Shown piece after piece: positions 38,107 to 49,638 of a stretch of DNA of 64,000 nucleotides. The position numbers and the translations under genes are program-made. Under the pieces are notes generated by a model. The model saw only the letters and a program-made list of their open reading frames with translations, did no database searches and was not told the DNA's origin. This DNA is from a virus, in IMG/VR virus record IMGVR_UViG_3300025016_000004. The stretch is one strand, 5' to 3'. Within the stretch, counting starts at the first letter, position 1, and the number at the start of each line of letters is the position of its first letter.

Positions 38107-39822
38107 ATGGAAGATAAAAAATTTAGATTAAATAGTGCATCATCTCAATTGGCAGCCAATGAGGATATTTTTGATAAGATTAATATCGAATCAAAAAGTA
38201 ATCCAATACCTGTTGGTGAAACCAATAAAGTAATAAATTTAGGTGAACAATTTAATCAAGAAAGACAAAATTCTAAATTATATAGATTAACTGGTACATT
38301 TAATACCTTATTTACTAATGTTCTATTTAATACAACTGGGGCGAATAGTTGGACATCATTTAATAGTACTATTTTTAGGGATGGGACTTTTCCACCAGCA
38401 GCGATAATTTCATTAAATGATGTTGAAGATTTAACTTATAAAGAAGCGGTTTCTAAATATCTAAAGGAAGAAAACGGTTGGTTTGGTTATTATAATCCAG
38501 ACCCATCACAAACAACTTTATGTACTTGGGTTGATATGGAGCCTAGACGAGAATTATTCTCAATGGCACCTAGAAGTGGAATTAAGAACTGGGAAGTCAC
38601 GATAACTTACCCATCACCATTAGGTAATCGAGTTGGTGATTATAACCATCCAATTGTTAAAGATGGTGGTTTATTGTTAATCGATGTTTCTATCTCAATT
38701 ATTGGTAATAGAAGTATGTTAACATTCGCAACACCAGTTAAACATAATTTAGTTCAAGGTGATAGTATTAAATTAAAAGGGTTAAGGTTAGCTAGTAATA
38801 GTGGTGCCTTAAGCCCTTATAATGGTGAATATAGTGTAATTAGATTAGGTAAAGATAATGGTGATGATATGAACTATTATTTTAGTGTCGATATTGGTGA
38901 ATTGGTTTCAATAGATACTAATTCAAGAATGACTAGGTTAGTGAATGGTAACCCATCGGAATATTATTTTAGGGTTTTTAAAAAAATTAACACAAAAGTT
39001 GGTGTTATAGAAAATGACGATTATGAAATATATCCGTTAGCGTTTGGACAAACTATTTATGAAGATAAATCATATCAATTTGTATTTAATGAAGATATTG
39101 ACATAACATCATTAACAGATAATAGAGGGAGGCCGTTAAGTGAAATATATATAACTATAATTAAAACAGATAGTGATAATATTTTCACATCCGTAAAATC
39201 AGGAGTTAAAATGCCATTTTTCACCGATAATAATGCGGGAATCTCTGATATAAATAGAATTACAAATAATTTGTCAACAACTCACAATCCTTTACCTGAT
39301 TCAGATGGTGGTGTTGTAATAGATGATGAAAATTTTTATGGTGATGTTGCTGAATATAATATATTAGGTTCCAAGGAAATTATTTTAGGTGAAGTCTACC
39401 ACAGATTTAATTCAATAAAGAGAGAAATTAATGCGGCTATTGGCACCGACTCTTTAGGTGTTAGATATGAAGGTTATATGTATAAACCACACCATAAAAT
39501 TAAAATAAGAGAATACTCAAATTATATTGAGCAAGGAACTTATAATACTTTAGATAGGCCAACTTATTCAGATACTCTTGGTGATGGAAGATATTTTTGG
39601 AGAGACTTACTAGATATTGGGTTAAATGACACTAAAAAAACTTATTTAGACTACCCATTTTTAAATGGTTGTCATTACATAAATAGTTCAATTACATTAC
39701 CGTTGTTTAGACAGGACCCATTTGGGTTTTATGGTTTGAGGTGGGATGGTTTTTCACCAGATAGACAAGGTATTTTAATGGAAGATAAATTAATAATTAA
39801 AACCTCACAAGATGTCTGTTAA
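38107..39822 (+). CDS. Virion structural protein (tail region), start moved to ATG 38107
   Basis: Long ORF in the tail operon; ATG just after the previous stop. Confidence 0.65.
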   Translation: MEDKKFRLNSASSQLAANEDIFDKINIESKSNPIPVGETNKVINLGEQFNQERQNSKLYRLTGTFNTLFTNVLFNTTGANSWTSFNSTIFRDGTFPPAAIISLNDVEDLTYKEAVSKYLKEENGWFGYYNPDPSQTTLCTWVDMEPRRELFSMAPRSGIKNWEVTITYPSPLGNRVGDYNHPIVKDGGLLLIDVSISIIGNRSMLTFATPVKHNLVQGDSIKLKGLRLASNSGALSPYNGEYSVIRLGKDNGDDMNYYFSVDIGELVSIDTNSRMTRLVNGNPSEYYFRVFKKINTKVGVIENDDYEIYPLAFGQTIYEDKSYQFVFNEDIDITSLTDNRGRPLSEIYITIIKTDSDNIFTSVKSGVKMPFFTDNNAGISDINRITNNLSTTHNPLPDSDGGVVIDDENFYGDVAEYNILGSKEIILGEVYHRFNSIKREINAAIGTDSLGVRYEGYMYKPHHKIKIREYSNYIEQGTYNTLDRPTYSDTLGDGRYFWRDLLDIGLNDTKKTYLDYPFLNGCHYINSSITLPLFRQDPFGFYGLRWDGFSPDRQGILMEDKLIIKTSQDVC

Positions 39823-40654
39823 TAAGTTTAAAATAAGATTAGTTGATTTCGAAAATACTGATAAATTAAAAATTCCGTTATCATTAGATTTCAATTCAGT
39901 AGACCAAGCTGAAATAGTTAACAGAGATTTTATTTCGGTTGAAACTGAAAAGGCTATAAATCCAATTGTTGACTATGAGAGGGTTAGGTTTACACCTAAA
40001 TTAAATAACGGTAATCTAGTTCAAGATTTAATATTTAAATTAAATTTTCTATTAGATGATTCATACCTATCTCCAACTTATTATGGTAATATTGGATTTA
40101 CTGATGATGACATACAATTTAGAAAAAATAGATTTTTAAATTCATTTTTAAAGTTAAGTTTTTATGATTCAGATATTCCAACCAATCAAAATTTAGTATC
40201 ATATATTACCATTTATTCTAAAATTACATCGCTTGATATAATAGAATTCACAGATGAATTTGGTAATGTGCGAGTTGGTTCAGGATTACCTGTAAATGCA
40301 AATGAATTTTTAGTTAGATTTATATTAAATAACCCAGTAACAAAACCCGAAGGTTTCGCTGAAGGATTTTATATTTATCACTATAAAAGTGATGTTAATT
40401 CTACCACACCAACAGCTTTATATATGAGGGCTGAATTTAATAATGCGTCAACAGGTAAAAGCACTAAATTTATTACAACAAATGAATTATTAGATATTAA
40501 TTCAGTAATTAAAAAATTACATGTAAGGTATTTATTAACAAGGAACGCTACTGGTTATTATTACACGATAGATAATTCTTATAATAATGCGTCAAATATC
40601 AATGAAACAACCACTGGCCTTAATGTAGACTTATACGAAATAAGAGTTGAATAA
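39812..40654 (+). CDS. Hypothetical tail-region protein
   Basis: 280 aa, overlapping both neighbours. Confidence 0.65.
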   Translation: MSVNKFKIRLVDFENTDKLKIPLSLDFNSVDQAEIVNRDFISVETEKAINPIVDYERVRFTPKLNNGNLVQDLIFKLNFLLDDSYLSPTYYGNIGFTDDDIQFRKNRFLNSFLKLSFYDSDIPTNQNLVSYITIYSKITSLDIIEFTDEFGNVRVGSGLPVNANEFLVRFILNNPVTKPEGFAEGFYIYHYKSDVNSTTPTALYMRAEFNNASTGKSTKFITTNELLDINSVIKKLHVRYLLTRNATGYYYTIDNSYNNASNINETTTGLNVDLYEIRVE

Positions 40655-41346
40655 TGGAAATAATTAAAAGAAAAATATTATTTAGTGAATTGCAAGATAA
40701 GATTTATCTTAAAATTCCATTATATCAAAATATTGATAATATGGGGTTAAGAACTGATATGCCTTATGGTAGTAATGTAATCACTGAATCAGTTAGTAAT
40801 TATTTTAAACAAGGTGGTATTATTATTAGTGCTTCAGATTCTAAATTATCTCAATTAAAATCTTATGATGAAACTGAACAATATAAAATTGATTTTAATA
40901 TTAAAAGAGAAAATTATGTAAATTATCAAGGTAACCCGATTATAGGTGTTGATAGAGTGACAAATATTGATGGTGAAACCATTACATATGTTTTTGATAC
41001 AGTTAGAGATTCTTTTATTGGTACCACAGGACAAACAACAGGGATTTTATATCAAGATAACCCAATTAATGGAGTGGATATCCCAGAAGAATTAGATGGT
41101 GATATAACAAAAACACGAGTACAATATCAAAGCGAAGGTTGGAATGAAACCAACACTTCAATAGAGGCTCAAATTCAAGAAGAATATTTATTAGGCATTA
41201 TTAGTGCACCAGAAGTTGAAAGTGATGTATTTATAGATAGAAGCACATTTAGTGTGTTGGATAAACATTTAAGATTATCTGAAGTAGAAAGTCTAGACCA
41301 TTTATCTAGATACGGTAACGGATTTTATAATATTAATAGAGATTAA
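40654..41346 (+). CDS. Hypothetical tail-region protein
   Basis: 230 aa, TAATG-coupled to the previous gene. Confidence 0.65.
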   Translation: MEIIKRKILFSELQDKIYLKIPLYQNIDNMGLRTDMPYGSNVITESVSNYFKQGGIIISASDSKLSQLKSYDETEQYKIDFNIKRENYVNYQGNPIIGVDRVTNIDGETITYVFDTVRDSFIGTTGQTTGILYQDNPINGVDIPEELDGDITKTRVQYQSEGWNETNTSIEAQIQEEYLLGIISAPEVESDVFIDRSTFSVLDKHLRLSEVESLDHLSRYGNGFYNINRD

Positions 41347-41349
41347 AAA

Positions 41350-42307
41350 ATGGTAAATCAATATACAATGAAAAAATATAATAATAATGAAATAAATGAA
41401 ATTATTTTATTATATGATGGTGGTATGTCATTCACAATGATTGGTAAAAAATTAAATAGGCAAAAAAACACAATAAAAAAAATATTAATTGAAAATGGTG
41501 TTTGGGTTGATGGTAGAGACATTAATTTAAAGAAGTTTAATAGTATCGAGATAGAAAAAGTGATTTCTTTATATAACCAAGGGTTATCGGCAACTAAAAT
41601 AAGTAAAATCTATGATATTAGTAGACCAAAAATAGTTAGGTTGTTAAAAGATAATGGGATTAACGTTAAGAGTTTTAGTGATGGTAAAAAAATAAATTTA
41701 TGTGAAGATAAAAAACGTGACATAAAGGATTTATATTTAAATGAAGGTAAAAATACTTACGAAATAGCAGAAATGGTGCAATTAACTCAAGGTTTTATTT
41801 CTAAACACATATTTGATAATGGTTACATAAGAAATAAAAGCCAAGCAATTTCTATAGCACGAAAAGGTAAGAAAGCTTCTGTAGAAGCTAAGAGAAATAT
41901 GAAAATAGCACAAATGAAATTAGCTAGAAGTGGAAAAAGAAAACAAACGGGTGGTTATTGTAAATTTCACAAAGTTCACGGTTTAAGATACCAAGGTACT
42001 TATGAAAAAAAAATATATAGAATACCTTAAAAATAAAAATAATAAGTTACCTAATAACACAAATTCGATAAATACTCCACATGGGGTTTATTATCCAGAT
42101 TTTGAATATGATGATAAATTTATAGAAATAAAATCTTCATATACTTATGATGTGTTGTTAGGTAAAATACCGAGTAGGTTTAATGGTAAATATGATTTTA
42201 AGCAAATCAAAAAAATTAAATGGGTTAATGAAAATGTTAAACCAGTTGATGTTATTATAGTTAGTCGAAATGGTAATAAATTAATTAAAAAAGATATAAA
42301 AAAATGA
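41350..42307 (+). pseudogene. Homing-endonuclease-like gene (HTH repeats plus PD-(D/E)XK nuclease) split by a frameshift in an A9 run
   Basis: 41350-42030 holds three HTH repeats; 42002-42307 holds YYPDF...FIEIKS; removing one A at 42005-42013 joins them as QGTYEKKYIEYL. Confidence 0.7.
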
Positions 42308-43218
42308 GCGGAAATTACGGGACAGTTAGACCAGCCGATGTATCATTAGATGATATTGAAGTTTTCTTGCATTACACCCCATCTAGAAATCAAATAGGTG
42401 ACACTACATTAACGAAATTAAACACGAATGATGTTTTATCACAAATGAATAACCCAAATAATACAGGTTCTGTAGAAATTTTTGGTGGAATGTATACATT
42501 AACTTTATCTAAAACAGTTTTTAGTGAAAAGGGTATATATACCATCTCAATCAAGCCAATTGAGATTAGAACTACTATTTTAGATTGTGGTGTATTAGCC
42601 GCTAAGTCAGATGTTAAAGGGTTGATATTTGATACGGCATCAGCTAATTTAAGTGGTCAGTTCTCATCAAGATTTAGAAATAACGGTTTAGTTGGGTATA
42701 GAGTGGAATATTTAAGCAATGATAACGCTGATGGTGATGTTAAAGTTAGGAATTTCTTTAGAATAATCACATCAAATAACAGGGTGGATGTAGTTAACCA
42801 AAATTTAACCAATACAAATCAAAAAGCTGTGAGATATAATTTTAATGATAATTCTACTTTAGTTTTTTGTACAGTAACCCCAAGTTCAAGTTCTAGTGTA
42901 AAACCTAATGTATTGCCATTTATAGGTGAGCCTAATCAAGATGTAATTATAACTAATACTTTTTTTAACCCAATTCAAATTGAGATTGAAATGGTTGAGC
43001 ATGATATAGAAACAATAGCATATGGTATATATGGACCACAAAGCAAGTCAATGGAAGATGGTGTTTTCACGAATTATACATTTGATAAACAAATTTATAA
43101 ACAATATAATTTATTTGAAATTAAAGACCAATTTACTGGTGAGCCTTTATTTGAAATAAGAGAACCTAAAACAAATATTGATTTTAGCAAAGATTTTGAT
43201 AATATCAGTAATGTGTAA
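42304..43218 (+). CDS. Hypothetical tail-region structural protein
   Basis: 304 aa ORF in the tail operon. Confidence 0.65.
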   Translation: MSGNYGTVRPADVSLDDIEVFLHYTPSRNQIGDTTLTKLNTNDVLSQMNNPNNTGSVEIFGGMYTLTLSKTVFSEKGIYTISIKPIEIRTTILDCGVLAAKSDVKGLIFDTASANLSGQFSSRFRNNGLVGYRVEYLSNDNADGDVKVRNFFRIITSNNRVDVVNQNLTNTNQKAVRYNFNDNSTLVFCTVTPSSSSSVKPNVLPFIGEPNQDVIITNTFFNPIQIEIEMVEHDIETIAYGIYGPQSKSMEDGVFTNYTFDKQIYKQYNLFEIKDQFTGEPLFEIREPKTNIDFSKDFDNISNV

Positions 43219-43261
43219 TTATAAATTAACTGAATAAAATAGTAATGTTAAATGAAATTAT

Positions 43262-46195
43262 ATGAGTCGTATTAAAGTAGTAGGTTATGCTAAAAAAGAA
43301 GTTTTTGGCAATGGAATAGAGTATAGAAATTTCTCACCAGATTTAGTTGGAAATCAATTTGGTGCAGCTGAAGGTACCCCTATTTTTACTTCTGGAAGTT
43401 TTAATATATCAACAAATATTGATAGTAAGGTTGATAAAAACTTTGTTACTAATAATTTCACTAATTTTTTATCTTTAGAAACATTAAATTTAGACTCAAC
43501 ACTAGAAAGTGTTATTACTAAATACTCTAAAAACGCAAAACTTAATTTAGATTATAATGACGCTTTAACATTTGCGTTTTTTGGGTCATTAAGAGAATAT
43601 ATTAGAGTTTCTTTAGAAAATATAATAATAAAATGGCCAGCATCGTTATACATTAGAGAAGTTGATGAAACTGACCCTTCATTAACAGGTAACACTGTAA
43701 CTGATTATATATATAACCCATCATCAAATTCAAGTACGTTTAATATTGATACAGCTAGAATAGAAAATAAATTCAGTATAAATTTTCTAAGTGGTGGTAC
43801 AATCGAAAATACATTTAATGAGAGTAATACGTTAAGAAATTTAGTTTTAAATTATAGTAGTTATGTAATTTCAACGTCAGGTGGAACATACCCGATAATA
43901 AGTTTATCTGGAGCTTCAGCTTTAACAAACTCAATTATTTCAGTGGCAGTAAATGGGAATCCATTCCCTGATTCTGGAACTACCATAATAAATTACCATA
44001 TAAAACCTAACGACACTAGAATTGAAGAATTTTTCTTCAATATAAATGAGTTTGAGAATAATTTACTAAACCGTTTAACGATTCCATTATACACTAGTAG
44101 TTTTAAAGTTTACAATGAAAGTCAAACTGGTGATATTATTGAAACTATTAAAAAATTAACATGGCCAATATCAGATGGGTATAATATTGATTTTAATTCG
44201 ATATCGTATGTTAATTTTGTAAATCAATTATTAAATATAGCGGACATCAACGATAATTCAAAATCTAATTTAATGGTTAGATTCTTGGTATCTACATCTA
44301 TTTCAGAATTCGATAGTATTGCTGATATTAATGGCACATACCCAGATTCAAATGGCCAAAAAATGACCAGTACTCTTAAAATTTATGGTAGAGAATTTGA
44401 TGAGATTAAAAAATATTCGGATGGTATTAGATTTGCTAATACGGTTACTTATGATAAGAAAAATAACACACCTGATGCAGTGCTTAAAAACCTCGCAAGA
44501 ATATTAGGTTGGGAATTAACTTCTTCTATATCACAAGTTGACGTGTTAGGTAATTTTTTATCATTAAATAATAGTTATTATGATGGTCATTCTAGAGGTT
44601 ATAGCGATGCTGAATCTGAAATTGAATTATGGAGAAGAGTTGTTCTAAATACACCTTGGCTTTGGAAATCTAAAGGTACTAGGAAGGCGATTGAATTCTT
44701 ATTTAAATTCATAGGTGCTCCAGATGGTTTAGTGGCCTTTAATGAGTACCTATACGTTGCTGATAAACCAGTAAATGTTGAGTTGGTAACTGAAATGATG
44801 AACCATTTCAATAATACCACTGATATTTCAACAATACACATCGATTCTGAAGGGTATCCAAAAGTATTTCCTGATACACCAGACATGTATTTCCAAAAAG
44901 CTGGTTTATGGTATAGACAAACAGGTGGCCCTGCGCCAGATATAGATATTTTAGCTGGAAATAACCCACATATCGGGCCTTATGATGGTGGCCAAGCATA
45001 TATAGACCAATTTAGAGGTTGTTTAGTACCTAATTATAGTGCTACTACCGCTGAAGAAGTAAATATTGATGCTGAAATCAATTTATTTACTAATTATGCA
45101 AATGGAACATTCGATGAATGCTGTGATGCTGATGTTTTAGTGGTACTTGACACTGACCATGATTTTGATTCAATATTAACAACAAACTTAAATCAAATAT
45201 ATGATAATAATCCAGTTAATGAAACTGGGTGTACTATAACAAATATTTGGACCTTAACAGCGTCATTAACTGGTGAAACATTCCATACTTATATATTCCC
45301 TGTGACTGGTTCTACTGCAATAACGCAAGGTGAATATGTTACTGGATTGTTTTCTATAGCTGAATCACCTTTAAGTGCATCAACATTAAGTGGTGCTACA
45401 TATACTAGTGGTGATACAACATTTACAATTACAGGTCCAAACGGTTGTGATAGTGAATTATTAAACACCTATTTTAAAATCCAATTATGTCTTGATTCAA
45501 CTTATGATTGTATTGATTTAACCCCATTAAGTGCTTTAACGGCATTTAATGTTAGTTTGCAAACAGATGACGCATGTAATCCAGTGGCTGCTTTACCTTT
45601 AATAAGGACTTATTATCATAATGGTAGCGGTATATTACCAACATTTGGTGATACAGTATATTCAGATATAAATGGAATAAACACTGTAAGTCATTCAGCT
45701 GCAACTCAAGTTTATATGGGTGGTAATTATACTAGCGTAGCTAATTGGTTACAAACAAACACTAGTGGTGTCAGAGAAGTAATAATTTGCCCAGTAATTA
45801 CTTGTGATGTAGACGTTAAGATACTTACTAATATAAATACTGGGGTTAAATCATTCACTATTGATGGCCTTACCGCCACAACTTACGCTACAATTACGTT
45901 TAATTTAAGTAATGTGGTTAAAAGTCCAGAAACAAAGTTAAGAATAGCAATATCTAATTCATCTTACATTTTTACTTTAAATCCAACAAATACGGTGCAT
46001 ACATTAACTAATATTCCATTAACCCCTAATTCAGAGTATAATGGCGTTTACGATTTCTTTATAACACCAGTAATAACAGCAACTGGAGCTGCAAGTGGTA
46101 AGGTAACCATGCATTTAGATTCATTGAATTCAGGTTCTCAATGTGTTGGTGTTACATCTAAATCAATAGATTTAAGTATTAATAATTTACAATAA
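43262..46195 (+). CDS. Baseplate/tail protein with a P2 gpI-like segment and a C-terminal beta-rich extension
   Basis: PDAVLKNLARILGW...LWKSKGTRKAIEFLFKFIG motif; Thr/Cys-rich C-terminus. Confidence 0.6.
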   Translation: MSRIKVVGYAKKEVFGNGIEYRNFSPDLVGNQFGAAEGTPIFTSGSFNISTNIDSKVDKNFVTNNFTNFLSLETLNLDSTLESVITKYSKNAKLNLDYNDALTFAFFGSLREYIRVSLENIIIKWPASLYIREVDETDPSLTGNTVTDYIYNPSSNSSTFNIDTARIENKFSINFLSGGTIENTFNESNTLRNLVLNYSSYVISTSGGTYPIISLSGASALTNSIISVAVNGNPFPDSGTTIINYHIKPNDTRIEEFFFNINEFENNLLNRLTIPLYTSSFKVYNESQTGDIIETIKKLTWPISDGYNIDFNSISYVNFVNQLLNIADINDNSKSNLMVRFLVSTSISEFDSIADINGTYPDSNGQKMTSTLKIYGREFDEIKKYSDGIRFANTVTYDKKNNTPDAVLKNLARILGWELTSSISQVDVLGNFLSLNNSYYDGHSRGYSDAESEIELWRRVVLNTPWLWKSKGTRKAIEFLFKFIGAPDGLVAFNEYLYVADKPVNVELVTEMMNHFNNTTDISTIHIDSEGYPKVFPDTPDMYFQKAGLWYRQTGGPAPDIDILAGNNPHIGPYDGGQAYIDQFRGCLVPNYSATTAEEVNIDAEINLFTNYANGTFDECCDADVLVVLDTDHDFDSILTTNLNQIYDNNPVNETGCTITNIWTLTASLTGETFHTYIFPVTGSTAITQGEYVTGLFSIAESPLSASTLSGATYTSGDTTFTITGPNGCDSELLNTYFKIQLCLDSTYDCIDLTPLSALTAFNVSLQTDDACNPVAALPLIRTYYHNGSGILPTFGDTVYSDINGINTVSHSAATQVYMGGNYTSVANWLQTNTSGVREVIICPVITCDVDVKILTNINTGVKSFTIDGLTATTYATITFNLSNVVKSPETKLRIAISNSSYIFTLNPTNTVHTLTNIPLTPNSEYNGVYDFFITPVITATGAASGKVTMHLDSLNSGSQCVGVTSKSIDLSINNLQ

Positions 46196-47286
46196 TGAGT
46201 ATAACAGGGAGAACAAATACATGTCAAATTTTAACTAACACACCATTTGTGTTATCAGGGTTATCACAAACCAATCTATCAACTATTAATATAACTGATG
46301 TAAATGGTTTAGATGTTTCTCAATGCTTTGGTATTACATCAAAAATAGTTACTGTATCAGGCACTAATGTTATTTTAAGCGGTGATTGTAATACTAGTTT
46401 AGAAATTAATATAACAGAAGGTGTTACGAATCCAGTTGAATGTTTGTATACTGCTGTTACACAACAACAAAATGGTATACTTTTATTTAATTTTGTTGAT
46501 GGGACAATTTCAGATAATATTCACCCAGAATGTTGTACAGCGTTAGAAGGTTTCCCTGAAATAGGACCTAAAAATTATTATATTTGTAGAACAGTACCAG
46601 AAATATGTATTGAATGCTGTTCAGCTTACACACCAACAAATACATTTGAGGGTCTATACCAAATATTTGATTTTGTAACTGGTGGTACCGTAACTACAGT
46701 TCCTAGTGCGCAATGTTGTTATGATTATGGATTTGTTGAAAGTATCGTAGGTGACCAAATTAAATGTATTGAATATGTGACGCCTGACCCATGTGAAGGA
46801 TTAATAATTGTTGAGCCAGTACCACAGTATGGTGACATTACTTTCGTAAATCCATCAACTAACGTTCAAACTACTTTGGTACCAACAGCTGAATGTTGTA
46901 CTTCATTAGGTTATAGTTATGCTATTAGTGGAACTAAATTTACATGTTTCAATTCAATAGCTTCACCACCAACGGTAATTATAACAAACGACTCATGTTG
47001 TTTACAGACTCAAATAACTTATTATTATGCTTTCGCTAGAGAATGCACCGATAGTGCTAGAGTAAGTGATGGTGTATTAGGTGATGTGGTAGTTAGAACT
47101 ACAACAAATATAACAAATTGGAGTCATATTTTAATTCCTAGATATTTTGGAGATACAGGAGCTGTTTTTGAATTTTATGCGGGATTAACAACTAAAGATA
47201 ATTATGATAATAATGCTGGGGATTACCCATCTATTGATTTGGATACAATAACAGGCGTTGAAGAAAGAACCTCATGTTCTAATTAA
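46195..47286 (+). CDS. Cysteine-rich repeat tail protein
   Basis: Repeated CC units (PECCTALEG, ECCSAY, AQCCYDYG, AECCTSLG, DSCC). Confidence 0.6.
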   Translation: MSITGRTNTCQILTNTPFVLSGLSQTNLSTINITDVNGLDVSQCFGITSKIVTVSGTNVILSGDCNTSLEINITEGVTNPVECLYTAVTQQQNGILLFNFVDGTISDNIHPECCTALEGFPEIGPKNYYICRTVPEICIECCSAYTPTNTFEGLYQIFDFVTGGTVTTVPSAQCCYDYGFVESIVGDQIKCIEYVTPDPCEGLIIVEPVPQYGDITFVNPSTNVQTTLVPTAECCTSLGYSYAISGTKFTCFNSIASPPTVIITNDSCCLQTQITYYYAFARECTDSARVSDGVLGDVVVRTTTNITNWSHILIPRYFGDTGAVFEFYAGLTTKDNYDNNAGDYPSIDLDTITGVEERTSCSN

Positions 47287-47299
47287 ATAATATAAAAAT

Positions 47300-47935
47300 A
47301 TGTGTGTAATAAATATATCATTAAACCCAACTACACCAGCTGGTACAACGATAACTAACAGAAATGGTAGGTATAGGAAAGTTGGTACGACAACATGGAC
47401 TAATTTTACCATATCATCAAACTCTTATACACTTAATGTAAATGATTTAGGTCAATATGAATTACAAGTTAATGTAACTAACAGTCTAGGTGTTGTTAGC
47501 TCTTGGGCTTCAAGCACATTTTCGGTAACAACTGATTGTGGTGCAACAACTACTACTGCCACTACGGTCACTAATTCTGGTATTTTTAATAATGGAACAA
47601 CACTTACACATAGTCATGTTTTACCATCAGCAGACCCAGCTTCTACAATAAAAACTGGTACTTTAACGGTAACAGGTAGTAAAACATATAAAATTACTGT
47701 CAAAAATAATTTTAATTATAATAATCTAGGTACAGGTAGTTTAAAATTAGAAAGAAATGGTGGCACTATTTTAGGTACAATAACAGTATCTACAGATGGT
47801 ACTTCTAATACAAAAACATCAGTTAGTAGTTTAGTGGTGCCAGCTGGAACTTATACTTATACATTAACTTCTTGGTTAGATATCATACCATCAGCCACAT
47901 CTGGTGCAGTAACAGTTAATATTATAGAAGCATAA
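47300..47935 (+). CDS. Thr-rich Ig/FN3-like virion protein
   Basis: GRYRKVGTTTW...GQYELQV...SSW FN3-like N-domain, Thr linker, beta-rich C-domain. Confidence 0.55.
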   Translation: MCVINISLNPTTPAGTTITNRNGRYRKVGTTTWTNFTISSNSYTLNVNDLGQYELQVNVTNSLGVVSSWASSTFSVTTDCGATTTTATTVTNSGIFNNGTTLTHSHVLPSADPASTIKTGTLTVTGSKTYKITVKNNFNYNNLGTGSLKLERNGGTILGTITVSTDGTSNTKTSVSSLVVPAGTYTYTLTSWLDIIPSATSGAVTVNIIEA

Positions 47936-47967
47936 AAAGAAATATAGATATTTATTAAAAAAGCATA

Positions 47968-49638
47968 ATGGAAGTAACAAACTGTACAGATATTAACGGA
48001 GTCGCATTAAATGAAGTTCAATTTAATGTAGATGGTACTGTTGTTGGGATAATTGATAACAATGGGGTTCCAGCAACAAGTAAACTTAGTTATGATTGCT
48101 GTATAGCTCAAGGATATACATTTGACCCAAATGATGCAAAATGTTATTGGGCACCTAGTTGTTTGAGTGGTGGTACATTTAATATAGTATTAGACCCAGA
48201 AGGTAATACAGGTGCGTTATTCCAAGTTGATGATATTGAACAAACATTATGTCATTTAGAAATTAGTTTTAAGTTTTTATTGAAAATTGATTGCGAAAGT
48301 ATACCAGTAGATGGTTTACGAGACCTATTAGAAACACTTAAATTAACGGTTAATCTTGATAAAGTTATTTATAATGAAGCTTTACCTATACCTAATAATT
48401 TGCAAAATGTATCATCACAAGATTTATTCAATATAACAGATATTTTCAATTTTTTAAGCGGAAACACAAACACAGGTATATTATTAAATGGTAATTGTGA
48501 TTATGTAATTACAAATTTTTTAAATTCATTATCACCAAATCAAAGCGTTGTAAATGAATTCTCACTTAATTCAGATTGGTTAGAATTTAAGATGGTGGTT
48601 GATAATCCACCTATATTACAATCAATTTTTAATGAAAGACTTAAGGTTTCAATAACAGGTAATCAATTAAAGAATTTTTCCATATTACTTGATGATGTGC
48701 AATTAAATAGAGTATGTGATGTACCAACACCACCTAAAGCATTTAATGAAGCATGCCCTCAATTTGAATTAAAACGAATTATTGATAATAAAAAATCTTG
48801 GGTTAAAAATACTGAATTAGAATTAAGGCAATTTGATTTAGAAAGAAGAATAACTACCTACAATATAAACCATGAAAACCTATCAATCAACACAAAGGAA
48901 GTTGATTTAGCAATTAACCCAGCACAAGCAATTGAAAATGATGTGGTTAATACAGTGGTTAATAACGATTGTATATTAGGGCCGCTTACTGGAGTTACTG
49001 GTGCAACAAGTCATGAATATATTGATTTAAGACCTTTAATTACAACTGAAGTTATTAATAATGACGATTTAATTTCGATGCTAATTGACGTTAAAAATAG
49101 GAAAACTATTAATGGTTATCCAACATTAGATTTAGTTTATTATAGATACCTAAATGCTGATGTACGTTGTAGTGGTTCTACCAGCAATACACTAAATTCA
49201 GATTCAATAAATCAATTCATTGAGTTAATTGGTACATATTGGTTAGATTTATTAGAACAAATAGTTCCAGCAACAACAATTTGGGGTTCATCATTAACCA
49301 ATAGTGATTCTGGTGTATTTAATGGTGGTGGAAGTGGAACCAATAAATTTGTTTATAGAAAAGGCACAACATTATTTTGTAATGCAATAAATTATTCAGT
49401 ACCTAGCCCAGTTTCAGGTGGAACAGTTTATTATGATGTAGTGACAGAAGATATAACAGATACTACAACTATCACTACAACTACTTGTAATTTAATAGCC
49501 GTTAGACAGTTGAATTATGGTTCAGAATTTATAGGCACCGTTAATATAATAGGCGATGGTGAAGGTCCTGTTACAGGTGATACAATTTCAATAACTGAAA
49601 CAATTGAAGATTCTTGTAATTTATACGAAACTTGTTAG
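47968..49638 (+). CDS. Tail-region structural protein
   Basis: 556 aa behind a late-promoter motif; contains YDCCIAQG like the upstream Cys-rich gene. Confidence 0.6.
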   Translation: MEVTNCTDINGVALNEVQFNVDGTVVGIIDNNGVPATSKLSYDCCIAQGYTFDPNDAKCYWAPSCLSGGTFNIVLDPEGNTGALFQVDDIEQTLCHLEISFKFLLKIDCESIPVDGLRDLLETLKLTVNLDKVIYNEALPIPNNLQNVSSQDLFNITDIFNFLSGNTNTGILLNGNCDYVITNFLNSLSPNQSVVNEFSLNSDWLEFKMVVDNPPILQSIFNERLKVSITGNQLKNFSILLDDVQLNRVCDVPTPPKAFNEACPQFELKRIIDNKKSWVKNTELELRQFDLERRITTYNINHENLSINTKEVDLAINPAQAIENDVVNTVVNNDCILGPLTGVTGATSHEYIDLRPLITTEVINNDDLISMLIDVKNRKTINGYPTLDLVYYRYLNADVRCSGSTSNTLNSDSINQFIELIGTYWLDLLEQIVPATTIWGSSLTNSDSGVFNGGGSGTNKFVYRKGTTLFCNAINYSVPSPVSGGTVYYDVVTEDITDTTTITTTTCNLIAVRQLNYGSEFIGTVNIIGDGEGPVTGDTISITETIEDSCNLYETC

